This document shows positions 27,923-39,351 of a stretch of 64,000 bases of DNA, in pieces. Each line of letters begins with the position of its first letter. The stretch's first letter is position 1. The stretch covers positions 653,559 to 717,558 of the forward strand of contig NZ_CBDFNE010000004.1 of assembly GCF_965249975.1 (NCBI RefSeq). Direction: 5' to 3'. The position numbers were made by a program, and so were the translations under genes. Below the pieces are notes generated by a model. It ran no database searches, had not been told where the DNA came from, and worked only from the letters and a program-made list of their open reading frames with translations. Source of the stretch: Ancylobacter sp. (lineage in GTDB: Bacteria > Pseudomonadota > Alphaproteobacteria > Rhizobiales > Xanthobacteraceae).

Positions 27923-29149
27923 GTGTCGCGTAAGTCTAGTCGCGGATCGCGCAGCGGCTTCGTTTGGATCGTGGCGCTGGCGCTGATCGCGCCTGTTCTG
28001 GCCGGCTGTGCCGCGCGCCCGGGGCCGGACGCGCTCTCCGTCATCGCCGATGAGGATGTCAGCATCAGCACCCACACGCTGCTGGTGGCCTCGGCCCGTG
28101 CGCGCGACGCGCGGCCCGGCGTGTTCTACAGCGGCGAGCGCACCCCGGAGCTGAGTTTCGCCAAGGTCCAGGTCAGCGTGCCGCCCACCCACAAGCCAGG
28201 CATGGTGGAGGCGCCGACCAAATCGCCGCCTAATCCCGCCACCGACATGGTGGTGCGGGAGGCGGTCTATCGCGAGACGCCGAAGGAATTCACCGCCGAT
28301 CTCAAGAGCGAACTGGCGAAATACCCGGCCGGCAAGCGGCAGGCGGTGATCTTCGTCCACGGCTACAACACGCTGTTCTCCGAGGCGCTCTATCGCCTCA
28401 CCCAGATGGCCGAGGATTCCAAGGCCACGGGCGTTCCGGTGCTGTTCACCTGGGCGTCGCGCGGCGAAGTCGCCGACTATGTCTATGACAATAACAGCGC
28501 CACGGCGGCCCGCGACCGGCTGGAAGAGACGATCCGCCTCGTCTTCGACAGCGGCGCCGATCAGGTGAGTATCGTCGCGCACTCCATGGGCAATTGGGTG
28601 ACGGTGGAGGCGCTGCGGCAGATCCAAATTTCCGGCAAGCGCCTGCCGGTGGAGAAGATTGGCAACATTGTGCTGGCCGCGCCGGACATCGATGTCGACG
28701 TGTTCAAGAGCCAGCTCAAGCGCTTTGGCAAGCCGCCCAAGCCGTTCATCGTCATCGTGTCGAGCGACGACAAGGCGCTGGCCTTCTCCAACTTCATCGC
28801 TGGCGACAAGCCCCGTCTCGGTGCCTACACCCAGGATACCGAACTGGTCGAGCTGGGCGCCGTCGTCGTCGACATGTCGAAGGTGAAGTCGGTCGACGGT
28901 TATAACCACGCCAAGTTCGCCCAGCTGGCGGAGATGGCGCCGGAACTGCGCGGCCTGATCGCGCGCGCCGCGCAGGGACAAGCGACGCCACCGTCCAATC
29001 TCGAAGTCGAGGGAATCCGCTTCGTCGGGCTGGACCGTGTCCGCGCGGCGCAGGTGACCTCGGGGCTGCCCGTGGTGCAGGTGCCGGCGAATGGGGCGGT
29101 CACGGGCGATGCCGCCGTCGTCACTGCCAATTCCGTGGCGCAGCCCTGA
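27923..29149 (+). CDS. Alpha/beta hydrolase lipoprotein (DUF900 family)
   Basis: LAGC lipobox, IFVHGYN, FTWASRG, AHSMG, LAAPDIDVDVF. Confidence 0.88.
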   Translation: MSRKSSRGSRSGFVWIVALALIAPVLAGCAARPGPDALSVIADEDVSISTHTLLVASARARDARPGVFYSGERTPELSFAKVQVSVPPTHKPGMVEAPTKSPPNPATDMVVREAVYRETPKEFTADLKSELAKYPAGKRQAVIFVHGYNTLFSEALYRLTQMAEDSKATGVPVLFTWASRGEVADYVYDNNSATAARDRLEETIRLVFDSGADQVSIVAHSMGNWVTVEALRQIQISGKRLPVEKIGNIVLAAPDIDVDVFKSQLKRFGKPPKPFIVIVSSDDKALAFSNFIAGDKPRLGAYTQDTELVELGAVVVDMSKVKSVDGYNHAKFAQLAEMAPELRGLIARAAQGQATPPSNLEVEGIRFVGLDRVRAAQVTSGLPVVQVPANGAVTGDAAVVTANSVAQP

Positions 29150-29281
29150 CCCACAGGCGCTGGCGCCGCATCCAGGTTTGCCACTGTCGGTGGTGCGGGA
29201 GGCCTCGCGCGTGACGTGAGGCGGCACCGCGCCAGCGCCGCCGGGCCGGCCGAGAACCGGCTCGGCCGTTTCCCCGGCGGA

Positions 29282-29878
29282 TCAGTCCTTCTTGCCGCCG
29301 TCGCCGAGCTTGTCGAGCCGCTTCTGCATATCCGCCACCTGGCGGCGCAGCTCTTCGAAATCACCCGCCTGCGGAGCGGCAGGCGCTGCGGGCGCGGTGG
29401 GCGCCTCGTCGCGCCCGTTGGGCAGGAACATCTTGAAGGTGCGGTCGAACATTTCCATGTTGCGTCGCACCTGATCTTCCAGCATGCCGAAGCCGCCTAT
29501 ACCTCCCATGCCGCCAATGCCGAGCGTCTTGGTGAAGTGTTCCCGCAGGTTGTTCTGTTCCTTGCTGAAATTCTCGATCGACATGTCGAGATAGCGCGGC
29601 ACCAGCATCTGCATGCTGTCGCCATAGAAGCGGATGATCTGGCGAAGGAAATTGATCGGCAGCAGGTTCTGGCCTTTGCCTTCCTGCTCGAAGATGATCT
29701 GGGTCAGCACGGAATGGGTGATGTCGTCGGAAGTCTTGGCGTCGTAGACGACGAAGTCTTCGCCGTTCTTGACCATCTGCGCGAGGTCTTCGAGCGTTAC
29801 ATAGGTGCTCGTGCCGGTATTGTAGAGGCGGCGGTTCGCGTATTTCTTGATGGTGACGGGTTCGGTGGATTTTGCCAT
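29282..29878 (-). CDS. phaR: Polyhydroxyalkanoate synthesis repressor
   Basis: IKKYANRRLYNTGTSTYVTL, DDITHSVLTQII, NLLPINFLRQII. Confidence 0.95.
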   Translation of the reverse strand: MAKSTEPVTIKKYANRRLYNTGTSTYVTLEDLAQMVKNGEDFVVYDAKTSDDITHSVLTQIIFEQEGKGQNLLPINFLRQIIRFYGDSMQMLVPRYLDMSIENFSKEQNNLREHFTKTLGIGGMGGIGGFGMLEDQVRRNMEMFDRTFKMFLPNGRDEAPTAPAAPAAPQAGDFEELRRQVADMQKRLDKLGDGGKKD

Positions 29879-30136
29879 TGTGATCCAGTCGCCTTGATCG
29901 TTTCCCATTGAAAACTCTAGGACGTTTCCCGTCGCCCGGCTACAGGAATTGTGGCGCCCTGTGGCGCGCGCGAAGGCAGGGTGCAGCGCACGCCTGACCT
30001 CACGTCAAGAATATCCGCCTGCCATTGACATGGATCACAGGTGGCCACCACGATGCTGTCACACCTAAATAACAAGGTGAGGCGCCGGCCGGGAGGCCGA
30101 GCCCGCATCCAGGAACGGTACCGGAGGACGTCATTC

Positions 30137-31315
<1,179 letters not shown>

Positions 31316-31452
31316 GGCGGACGGTCGCGGCGGGCATCGGCCGTGACTCCAACCGAAACCGGCGGCAGGGCAGGTAACGCCTTGCCGCCGTCACAAATCG
31401 ACGTACAACCGTCGCGAGTTCCCTTGGGAAAGGGACGCCAGAGGGGGGAGAC

Positions 31453-32175
31453 ATGGCGCGAGTTGCATTGGTCACAGGCGGAACGCGCGGAATCGGCGCG
31501 GCCATCGGCAAGGCCCTCAAGGCGGCGGGCTATACGGTCGCTGCCAATTATGCCGGCAATGACGCAGCGGCGGCAGCGTTTACGGCAGAAACCGGCATTG
31601 CGACCTTCAAGTGGGACGTGTCCGACTTCGAGGCCTGCAAGGCGGGCATTGCCGAGGTGGCGGAGAAGCTGGGTCCGGTCGAGGTGCTGGTGAACAATGC
31701 CGGCATCACCCGCGACGGCATGCTGCACAAGATGTCGCCGGAGAACTGGCACGCGGTGCTCAACACCAATCTGACCTCTGTGTTCAACATGTGCCGCAAC
31801 GTGATCGAGGACATGCGCGAGCGCGGTTTCGGCCGCATCGTCAACATCTCCTCCATCAACGGCCAGAAGGGCCAGATGGGCCAGACCAATTATTCCGCCG
31901 CCAAGGCCGGCGAAATCGGCTTTACCAAGGCGCTGGCGCAGGAAGTCGCGCGCAAGGGCATCACTGTGAACGCCATCTGCCCCGGCTATATCGCCACCGA
32001 GATGGTAAGCGCCATGCCCCCGGACGTGCTGGCGAAGGTCGTCGCCAACATTCCTGTCGGCCGGCTCGGCCAGGCGGAGGAAATCGCCCGCTGCGTGGTG
32101 TTCCTCGCCGCCGACGAGGCGGGCTTCATCACCGGCTCGACCCTCTCCGCCAATGGCGGGCAACTGCTCAGCTGA
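31453..32175 (+). CDS. phaB: Acetoacetyl-CoA reductase
   Basis: TGGTRGIG, NNAGITRD, NGQKGQMGQTNYSAAK, ANGGQ. Confidence 0.95.
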   Translation: MARVALVTGGTRGIGAAIGKALKAAGYTVAANYAGNDAAAAAFTAETGIATFKWDVSDFEACKAGIAEVAEKLGPVEVLVNNAGITRDGMLHKMSPENWHAVLNTNLTSVFNMCRNVIEDMRERGFGRIVNISSINGQKGQMGQTNYSAAKAGEIGFTKALAQEVARKGITVNAICPGYIATEMVSAMPPDVLAKVVANIPVGRLGQAEEIARCVVFLAADEAGFITGSTLSANGGQLLS

Positions 32176-32180
32176 ACCGA

Positions 32181-32209
32181 ATGCCGCCCGCCGTGACGGC
32201 GGGCGGCAT
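32181..32209. terminator. Long hairpin between convergent phaB and the PepSY gene
   Basis: ATGCCGCCCGCCG-TGA-CGGCGGGCGGCAT, 13-bp perfect stem. Confidence 0.6.
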
Positions 32210-32217
32210 AAGGCCCT

Positions 32218-32478
32218 TTAGCGGGTTTCGGTCTTGAGCACCTTGCCCGTCGCGGGATCGATGTCGATCTCGATCTTGCGCTGGGCAGCGTTCATCCCTT
32301 CCACTTCCCACTTGCCATCATCCAGCTCGATCTTGGTGACGTGCGCCACGCCATTGTCGCGGGCGATACGCAGGGCCTCCTCGATGCCGGTGGTCGGAGC
32401 CGGCGTCTGGGCAAACGCCGGCACGGCGAAGAGCGCGGCAAGGGTGAGGGCAGGGAGAAGGGAACGACCAACGATCAT
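32218..32478 (-). CDS. Small PepSY-domain exported protein
   Basis: Signal peptide, KIELDDGKWEVEG, EIDIDPATGKVL. Confidence 0.8.
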   Translation of the reverse strand: MIVGRSLLPALTLAALFAVPAFAQTPAPTTGIEEALRIARDNGVAHVTKIELDDGKWEVEGMNAAQRKIEIDIDPATGKVLKTETR

Positions 32479-32635
32479 CAGGGGGAACTCCTCGGAACAT
32501 AGGTGACGTTTGGTAATCGGGCCCCGGGCCGCAGGTTCCCGTGCGCGGCGCGATTCCCGGTCGGCGGCAGGCCGAAAACGCCCCTTGGCGTGCGCGGCCG
32601 CGCCGGTCATAAGGAACACCCGTACAGGTGTTTCC

Positions 32636-33538
32636 ATGCCCTCTTCTGCTCCCTCCGCTCCCGCCCGCCCTCTCTCCCGCCAGATGGCCACACTGATTGG
32701 CTTCAGCGCCATTCTCTTGTGGTCGACGCTGGCGCTGACGACCTCGTCCACCGGTGCGGTGCCGCCCTTCCTGCTGACCGCCCTCACTTTCGCCATTGGC
32801 GGGATGGTCGGTCTGGTCACGGCGGTGGCGCGCGGCGTCGGCCTCGGCGTGCTGCGCCAACCCTGGCCGGTGTGGCTGCACGGCGTGGGTGGCCTGTTCG
32901 GCTATCATTTCTTCTATTTCTCGGCGTTAAAGCTGGCGCCGCCGGCCGAGGCGGGGCTCATCGCCTATCTCTGGCCGTTGCTCATCGTGTTGATGTCCGC
33001 CTTCCTGCCGGGGGAGAGGCTGCGGCCGGCGCACATTATCGGCGCGTTGATGGGGCTGGCCGGCACGGTGGTGCTGCTCGGCGCCCGGGCGGGCGGCTTC
33101 GGCTTCGCGCCGGAATATGTGCCGGGCTATCTCGCCGCCGCGCTGTGCGCGGTGATCTGGTCGGTCTATTCCGTCGCCTCGCGCCGCTTCGCCAGCGTGC
33201 CGACCGAGGTGGTGGCCGGGTTCTGCCTCGCCACCGCCGCGCTCTCTGCGCTCTGCCATGCGCTGTTCGAGCCGTCCGTCTGGCCGGCGGGGGCAGGGGA
33301 GTGGCTGGCGGTGGTGGCGCTCGGCATCGGCCCGGTCGGGATCGCCTTCTACACCTGGGACATCGGCATGAAGCGCGGCGACATACGCCTTCTCGGCGTC
33401 ATGTCCTATGCGGCGCCGGTGCTCTCCACCCTGCTGCTGGTGCTGGCGGGCTTTGCCGCGCTGAGCTGGTCGCTGGGCGTGGCCTGCGCGCTCATCGTCG
33501 GCGGCGCGGCGGTGGCGACGCTGCTGGCGCGGCGCTGA
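32636..33538 (+). CDS. DMT/EamA family transporter (YddG-like)
   Basis: ATLIGFSAILLWS, GLFGYHFFYF.A, IAYLWPLLIV; about 10 TM segments. Confidence 0.85.
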   Translation: MPSSAPSAPARPLSRQMATLIGFSAILLWSTLALTTSSTGAVPPFLLTALTFAIGGMVGLVTAVARGVGLGVLRQPWPVWLHGVGGLFGYHFFYFSALKLAPPAEAGLIAYLWPLLIVLMSAFLPGERLRPAHIIGALMGLAGTVVLLGARAGGFGFAPEYVPGYLAAALCAVIWSVYSVASRRFASVPTEVVAGFCLATAALSALCHALFEPSVWPAGAGEWLAVVALGIGPVGIAFYTWDIGMKRGDIRLLGVMSYAAPVLSTLLLVLAGFAALSWSLGVACALIVGGAAVATLLARR

Positions 33539-33545
33539 TCCCGGC

Positions 33546-33986
33546 TCAGCCCGGCGACCAGCCGGGCGCGGCCAGTTCGAAGCCGGCGAAATGGAAGCCA
33601 GGCGCCACGGTGCAGCCAACCAGCGTCCAGTCGCCGAGGCTGCGGGCGGATTGCCAGGCGGCGCGTGGGACGATGCGCTGCGGCTCCTCGCCCGCATCAA
33701 TGCCCGGGCCGAGCCGATGCGGCACCACTGGCCCGGCATCGCCCGGCGCGATGGAGAGTTCCAGCGCCGCGCCGGCATGCCAGTGCCATACCTCCACCGC
33801 ATCCACCCGGTGCCAGTGCGACACTTCACCGGCCGCCAGCAGGAAATAGATGGCGGTGGAGGCCGAACGCCCGTCCGGCGTCAGCTGGGGATCGCGGAAG
33901 GTCTCGCGGTAATGCCCGCCCTCCGGGTGGGGGACAAGGCCGAGATGGGCGACAATGTCGGCGGCGGAAAGCCCGTTCAGCCGCAT
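33546..33986 (-). CDS. Cupin_5 (DUF985) protein
   Basis: LGLVPHPEGGHYRET, TAIYFLL, SHWHRV, GCTVAPGF.F.GFE. Confidence 0.9.
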   Translation of the reverse strand: MRLNGLSAADIVAHLGLVPHPEGGHYRETFRDPQLTPDGRSASTAIYFLLAAGEVSHWHRVDAVEVWHWHAGAALELSIAPGDAGPVVPHRLGPGIDAGEEPQRIVPRAAWQSARSLGDWTLVGCTVAPGFHFAGFELAAPGWSPG

Positions 33987-33989
33987 CGC

Positions 33990-34763
33990 TCAGCCCCGGA
34001 AGCTGTTCTTCAGGCTGCGCAGCTCGGTGAACACCGCCCCCGGCTCGGCGCCGGGCAGGCCGATGCGAGCGGCGAGTTCGGGATCGTCGGCGCGCATGAA
34101 GGGATTGGTCGCCTTCTCCGCGCCGATGCTGGTCGGCAGGGTCGGCGTGCCGGCGGCGCGCTGCGCCTCGATTTCCTTGAGCCGCGCGGCGATGGCGGCG
34201 TTGCCGGGGTCGACGCTCAGCGCGAAGCGGGCATTGGCGAGGGTGTATTCATGCCCACAATAGACCGCGATGTCGTCCGGCAGGGTGCGCAGCCGGGCGA
34301 GCGATTCCCACAACACCGGCGGATCGCACTCAAACGGGCGGCCGCAGCCCATGACGAACAGCGTGTCGCCGGAGAACAGCAGGCGCTCCTCCTCGAACAG
34401 GAAGACGATGTGCCCCTTGGTGTGGCCCGGCGTCTCCATCACCCGTCCGACCAGCCCGCCGACGGCGACGGGATCGCCGTCGACCACGGCGAAGTCGAGG
34501 CCGGGAATCGCATCGCGCTCTTTGCGCGGGCCGATCACCGTCGCGCCGAAGCGCTCTTTCAGCGCCTCGACGCCGGCGATGTGATCGGTGTGGTGGTGGG
34601 TGACGAGAATATGGGTGAGCGTCCAGTCCTCGCGTTCCAGCGCGGCCAGCACGGGAGCCACCTCCGGCACGTCGATGACGGCGGTGGCTTCGGTCACGGG
34701 GTCGCGCAGCAGCACCGCGTAATTGTCGGCGAGGCAGGGGATGAGCCGCAGTTCGGCAGGCAT
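33990..34763 (-). CDS. gloB: Hydroxyacylglutathione hydrolase (glyoxalase II)
   Basis: DNYAVL, THHHTDHIAG, TPGHT, FSGDTLF, CGHEYT, EKATNPFMR. Confidence 0.93.
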   Translation of the reverse strand: MPAELRLIPCLADNYAVLLRDPVTEATAVIDVPEVAPVLAALEREDWTLTHILVTHHHTDHIAGVEALKERFGATVIGPRKERDAIPGLDFAVVDGDPVAVGGLVGRVMETPGHTKGHIVFLFEEERLLFSGDTLFVMGCGRPFECDPPVLWESLARLRTLPDDIAVYCGHEYTLANARFALSVDPGNAAIAARLKEIEAQRAAGTPTLPTSIGAEKATNPFMRADDPELAARIGLPGAEPGAVFTELRSLKNSFRG

Positions 34764-34842
34764 GATCACCTCGAAGATGGGCGCTCGGGGAATGGCGGGG
34801 CGCGAAGCCGCCGCCGGCAGTCTAGCAGGCGCAGATGGCGCG

Positions 34843-35361
34843 TCAGCGGCATTCCTGGGCGGCGCGGTCGATGGCCGCCGAGATGCCGCTGAGCGAATAG
34901 GTGTCGGTGGTGACGTTGCCGCGCACCGATGTGCTCTTCACCACCACGTCCTTGCCCTTGCGCAGTGCATCCACCAACCGCGCCTCTTCCGCGACGTTGC
35001 GCACCCAGGCGCCGGTGCCGCGGGTGTAGAGGTCGAAATTATTGGTGCCGATGGTCAGTGTGGCGTCGGTGCCTTCCTTGAGCGCGAAGCCCATGACCAC
35101 GCTGACCTCGCCCTTCACATTCTCGGCGGTGCGGGTGGAGATGAAGAAATAGGCGGGATCGCGCTTCAGCCCCGCCGGCATGCGGGTCTTGGGCTGGGAG
35201 AGCGCGTAGCAGATCTTGCCGCTGCCGCTGGTGTCGAGATAGACGCCCCAATCCCCGGACTGGGTGACGAGCTTTGGCGCACCCTGGGCACTGGCGCCGC
35301 CGATGCCGATCAATGCCATTGCCAGGCCGGCGAGTGCGGCGCGCACGGTGCGTCGTGCCAT
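34843..35361 (-). CDS. Invasion-associated locus B (IalB)-like periplasmic protein
   Basis: Signal peptide, GDWGVY, KICYALSQP, RDPAYFFI, DTYSLSGISAA. Confidence 0.7.
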   Translation of the reverse strand: MARRTVRAALAGLAMALIGIGGASAQGAPKLVTQSGDWGVYLDTSGSGKICYALSQPKTRMPAGLKRDPAYFFISTRTAENVKGEVSVVMGFALKEGTDATLTIGTNNFDLYTRGTGAWVRNVAEEARLVDALRKGKDVVVKSTSVRGNVTTDTYSLSGISAAIDRAAQECR

Positions 35362-35576
35362 GGTCTGCATCCTCCGTATCCTAAAAGGCCGCCAGCGGCG
35401 GCTCCGCGTGATTCTCCGTCTCAGCGGCTCAGGGATATCCGCGCTGTTGGCGGCTGTGAACCCTTGGAACCCCGATCGGACGGCTTTGCTGATCAATTGG
35501 CGAAAGGGCGGCGGCGAATTGATGGCAGGAGCGGCGCCCGCGGCAAAGATAGCTGCCGGCCGCGTCGCGGCAGGCC

Positions 35577-35990
35577 TCAACGGGCGCGCAGCCGTGCCAG
35601 GGCGCTCTTGGCCGCCGCACGGTGATCGGCGCCGATATGGCTGGCGAGCAGATTGAGCGCGGTCGCCAGCACCGCCGCGTCGTCGGTGAAACCGAGGCCG
35701 ACAAACACATCCGGCACCGCATCGGTCGGGAGCAGGAAATAGGCGAGCGCGCCGAACAGCAGTGCTCGCACTCGCGTCGGCGTCTGAGTGTCCAAGGCGC
35801 AATAATAAGCGGCGGCTGCGTCCTCGGCGAAGGGGATGCGCGAAAGCGCGCCCGCGAGCTTCGGCCAGAAGCCCGCGCGCACCCGGGCCTCGTCCGCCGC
35901 GCTGGCGCCGGCAAGTCCCTCGCGTTCGGTGCCTAGCGGATCGGCATCGAGAAGGTCGGCGTCAAGGGCAGGGTCGGCTCTTTGGCTCAT
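35577..35990 (-). CDS. YkvA / DUF1232 family protein
   Basis: FWPKL..IPFAED..AAYYCA.D..TP, YFLLPTDAVPD..GLGFTDDAAVL. Confidence 0.85.
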   Translation of the reverse strand: MSQRADPALDADLLDADPLGTEREGLAGASAADEARVRAGFWPKLAGALSRIPFAEDAAAAYYCALDTQTPTRVRALLFGALAYFLLPTDAVPDVFVGLGFTDDAAVLATALNLLASHIGADHRAAAKSALARLRAR

Positions 35991-36069
35991 CTCGGTCTCC
36001 GGACGACCCATGGCTGGGCCAGCAACCAAGACATGGTTGCCGGCTTTGCCTTTCGCAACGGGCGCGCCG

Positions 36070-36603
36070 TCACATCAGCGGATAGGCGGCTTCGACCCGA
36101 TAGGGTCCGCCGCCGACGGAATCGCGCGAGGAATAGAGCACGAAGCGCGAGACCTCGAAGGTGCTGCTGCGGAAATAGCCGCGCAAGGCGAGATAATCCG
36201 CCACCTGCCGGGGCGCGGCGTCACGCAGCCGGGCGAGGGTGACATGCGGGCGGAAATTGCGCCCTTCCGGCGGCAGGCCGATGCGCTTCATCGCCCGCTC
36301 GTGCTCGGCCTGAAGCTCGTTCAGCGCCGGGTTGGCCTGCACGCCGGCGAAGATCGAGTGGGGCTTGTGATTGCCGAACTGGTCGACGCCCGACAAAGTG
36401 AGATCGAAGCCGAAGCGTTCGATCTCATCCAGCGCGGCGGCGGCATCGCGGGCGACCACATGGTCGACATCGCCGATGAAGCGCAGCGTGACGTGGTAAT
36501 ATTCCGGGCTGATCCAACGTGCGCCGGGAAGACCGCCGCGCAGCATCGACAGGTGTTCGGCGATGTCGGCCGGAATTTCGAGGGCGGTGAAGAGCCGCGG
36601 CAT
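36070..36603 (-). CDS. thpR: RNA 2',3'-cyclic phosphodiesterase (2H family)
   Basis: MPRLFTAL, YHVTLRFIG, FRPHVTLAR (two HxT motifs). Confidence 0.92.
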   Translation of the reverse strand: MPRLFTALEIPADIAEHLSMLRGGLPGARWISPEYYHVTLRFIGDVDHVVARDAAAALDEIERFGFDLTLSGVDQFGNHKPHSIFAGVQANPALNELQAEHERAMKRIGLPPEGRNFRPHVTLARLRDAAPRQVADYLALRGYFRSSTFEVSRFVLYSSRDSVGGGPYRVEAAYPLM

Positions 36604-36755
36604 GACCCCCTCCTGGTGGTTTCGGCAGGGAACCCGCCATCCATTGAGACGGATTCGTAACCCGAGGAAAAGCTAAAATTGCGACAGGCAAAACACGGGC
36701 CGCCGGAGTCGCCCGCTGCGGCTGACGTGGGCGCCCGGAGCCGATATGGTGAGGC

Positions 36756-37589
36756 ATGATGAGCGAATCGACCGACGACGCCGACCTTTTCACTGCGGCT
36801 GATGAGGCGCCGAAGTCTCTCAGCTTCGCCAGCATCCAGTCGCTCTACCGTTACCCCGTGAAGGGGCTGACGCCGGAGCGGCTCGACCTGGTCGAGCTTG
36901 AGGCGGGCGGGTACTTTCCCGGCGATCGGCTCTACGCCATCGAGAACGGCCCTTCCGGCTTCATCCCGGAGGCGCCGGCCTTTCAGCCCAAGATCAAGTT
37001 CCTGATGCTCATGCGCAATGAGCGGCTCGCCGCGCTCGAGGCCCGCTATGACGACGCGGCGGCGGAACTGGTCATCCGCCTCGACGGCGACGAGGTGGTG
37101 CGCGGCCGGCTCGACACGGCGGAAGGGCGGGAGGCGATAGAGGCGTTCTTCCAGCGCTATTCGCGCTACGAGTTGCGCGGGGCGCCGCGCGTGCTGGCGG
37201 CGCCGCCGGCCTTCCGCTTCGTCGACACGACCGAGGGCTATGTCTCGCTGATCAATCTGGCGAGCTGCCGGGCGCTGGGCGAGATCATCGGCCGGCCGGT
37301 GGACCCGCTCCGCTTCCGCGGCAATCTCTATCTCGACGGCATGGAGCCGTGGGAGGAGTTTGACCTCGTCGGCCACACCATCGAAGTCGGCAGCCAGGTG
37401 CGGCTCAAGATCACCCAGCGCATTTTCCGCTGCGCCGCGACCAATGTCGACCCGGCGACGGCCAAGCGCGACATGGACGTGCCGGGAACGCTGATGAGGA
37501 CCTTTGGCCATACCGATTGCGGCATCTTCGCCGAGATCAAGCAGGGTGGGCTCATCGCCGAGGGCGATTCCGTCCGGATCACCGTCTGA
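36756..37589 (+). CDS. MOSC domain protein
   Basis: YRYPVKGL, GDRLYA, RFRGNL, RCAATNVDP, CGIFAEI. Confidence 0.88.
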   Translation: MMSESTDDADLFTAADEAPKSLSFASIQSLYRYPVKGLTPERLDLVELEAGGYFPGDRLYAIENGPSGFIPEAPAFQPKIKFLMLMRNERLAALEARYDDAAAELVIRLDGDEVVRGRLDTAEGREAIEAFFQRYSRYELRGAPRVLAAPPAFRFVDTTEGYVSLINLASCRALGEIIGRPVDPLRFRGNLYLDGMEPWEEFDLVGHTIEVGSQVRLKITQRIFRCAATNVDPATAKRDMDVPGTLMRTFGHTDCGIFAEIKQGGLIAEGDSVRITV

Positions 37590-37626
37590 ACGCCTCTCGG
37601 CGCCGCAAAAACCACCTCCCACAACG

Positions 37627-37655
37627 AAAAAGGCCCGGCGCATGCCGGGCCTTTT
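37627..37655. terminator. Bidirectional terminator between the MOSC and DUF4167 genes
   Basis: AAAAAGGCCCGGC-GCAT-GCCGGGCCTTTT. Confidence 0.75.
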
Positions 37656-37668
37656 CATGTCGGTCAAC

Positions 37669-38790
37669 TCACTCGGCGACTTCCGCCGGGGCGGTCTCGG
37701 CGCCTTCGCCTTCACCCTCCGCATCGGCCCGGCGGTAGCGGCGGCGGCGGGTGCGCGGCGCACGGGCCTCGCCATCCTCCGCTGGGGCTTCCTCGGGCGT
37801 CGGCACGGCGGCCGCCTTGGCGGCGCGGCTGCGGCCGGGCGCCTTCGGAGCGGGGACCGCCGGGGCAGCCGCCTCTGCGGGCGCAGGCTCTGCCGCCGGC
37901 TGAGAAACGGGCACGGCGGCCGGGATCGGGGCTTCGGTGGCCTTGGCCTCCGTTGCTTCCGCTGGCGCCTCGTTCCGGCGCGGTGCGGCTGGGGTCACCG
38001 GGGCGGCGCCGCCGCTCTGGGTGATGAAGGCCGGCAGGCCGATCTCGGCTTCCACATCCGGCCCGAGGCGCGGCTGCGGCTGCTGGGCGGGGTCGCGATA
38101 GCCGCCTTCGCCACCCTCGCGGGGCGCGCGGTTGTCGCGGTAGGGGCGGTTGTCGCGCGACCAGCGGCCCTCGCGGCCCTCATTGCGCTCCGGCCGGTCG
38201 CCCCGGTCGCGATCCTGCCCGCGCTCGGCGTGGCGTTCCTGGTTCCGGTCCTGGTTCCGATCCTGGCCGCGGTCCTGATTGCGATCCTGGTTCCGGTCCT
38301 GATAGCGGTCGGCGCCGCGCTCGCGATTGTCGCGCCGATTGTCGCGGTCACGCGGGAAATCGCGCTGGCCCTCACGCGGGCCGCCTTCGCGGTTCCCATT
38401 CTCGCGGTAGCCGTTCTCGCGCGGCGCCTGCGGCTCGCGAACCTGATAGGCCTGCGGCGGCTCCGCGCCGCCCTCGTCCAACTCGTCGTCGAAATCGTCG
38501 TCGTCGTTGCGCTGATAGGGCTGGCCCTGCACCCCGAACTGCGCCTGTGCGGCGGCGATGATGCGGTAATAGTGCTCGGCGTGCTGCAGATAATTCTCGG
38601 CCGCCACGTGATCGCCGGAGGCCTGTGCGTCGCGGGCGAGCTGCTGGTACTTCTCGACGACGTGCTGGGCCGTGCCGCGCACCTTCACGTCCGGGCCGTT
38701 CGACTCATAAACGCGGGTAAGCGGATTCTGGCTGCGCCGATTGCCGTTGTTGCGGCCGCGCGTACGCTTCTGCTGATTGTTATTTCGCAT
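37669..38790 (-). CDS. DUF4167 domain protein with a long disordered tail
   Basis: RVYESNGPDVKVRGTAQHVVEKYQQLARDA, ENYLQHAEHYYR, GLPAFIT. Confidence 0.9.
   Translation of the reverse strand: MRNNNQQKRTRGRNNGNRRSQNPLTRVYESNGPDVKVRGTAQHVVEKYQQLARDAQASGDHVAAENYLQHAEHYYRIIAAAQAQFGVQGQPYQRNDDDDFDDELDEGGAEPPQAYQVREPQAPRENGYRENGNREGGPREGQRDFPRDRDNRRDNRERGADRYQDRNQDRNQDRGQDRNQDRNQERHAERGQDRDRGDRPERNEGREGRWSRDNRPYRDNRAPREGGEGGYRDPAQQPQPRLGPDVEAEIGLPAFITQSGGAAPVTPAAPRRNEAPAEATEAKATEAPIPAAVPVSQPAAEPAPAEAAAPAVPAPKAPGRSRAAKAAAVPTPEEAPAEDGEARAPRTRRRRYRRADAEGEGEGAETAPAEVAE
38233..38301 (-). repeat. In-frame 12-nt tandem repeat encoding (QDRN)n
   Basis: QDRNQDRNQDRGQDRNQDRNQER. Confidence 0.85.
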
Positions 38791-39322
38791 CGAGCTGGTC
38801 TCTGGTGCCCCACAAAGCCGGACGGCAGTGCCGTTCGGTGCCACACGGGCGGGTCAATCACACGGTGTCCGCTGTGCCGTTGCTTCGGCTTCAACCATCG
38901 TCACGGCACGGCGGCAAATCTCGCCGTCAGCCGGGGAAAAGCTGCCGCAGGCCGGGACCCCAGCGGGGCTCCAGTCATGCCGCAGGTCGACCTCGACCAT
39001 CGGGCTTCTTCCATGGGAGCGCATCTCGACGATGCATCGTCGCCGGCCATGCCGACAACGCTCCGTCCGAACCGCATTTCTCCGGCCCAGACCCGGCGCG
39101 CGCACGGATGCGCTGCGGCCGACCCCATGTTTCATCGCGCAACCGAAGCCACGCCGATAAACTCTTGGAGCGTTCGCCCCTTAATGAAACAGGTCGCATC
39201 CAGGCTCTTCGCAAAGCGCTGAACGCCACTGCCAGCGACGAGCACAGCTACCCGAACAAATGAGCGGCCGGCGTTCCAGTCACCAAGAGGCAGTTGATGT
39301 CTCAGGACGATTCCTGCGGAAG

Positions 39323-39351
39323 ACACTAATCGGTTCGGTATCGTGTTCCAA
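39323..39351 (-). promoter_or_regulatory. Candidate sigma70 promoter for the DUF4167 gene
   Basis: TTGGAA-N17-TAGTGT on the minus strand just after the prmC stop. Confidence 0.4.

Noticed and set aside
29880-30136. PhaR operator between phaR and phaA
   Set aside because: Only scattered TGC/GCA triplets (GCAGGGTGCAGCGCA); no clean palindromic match.
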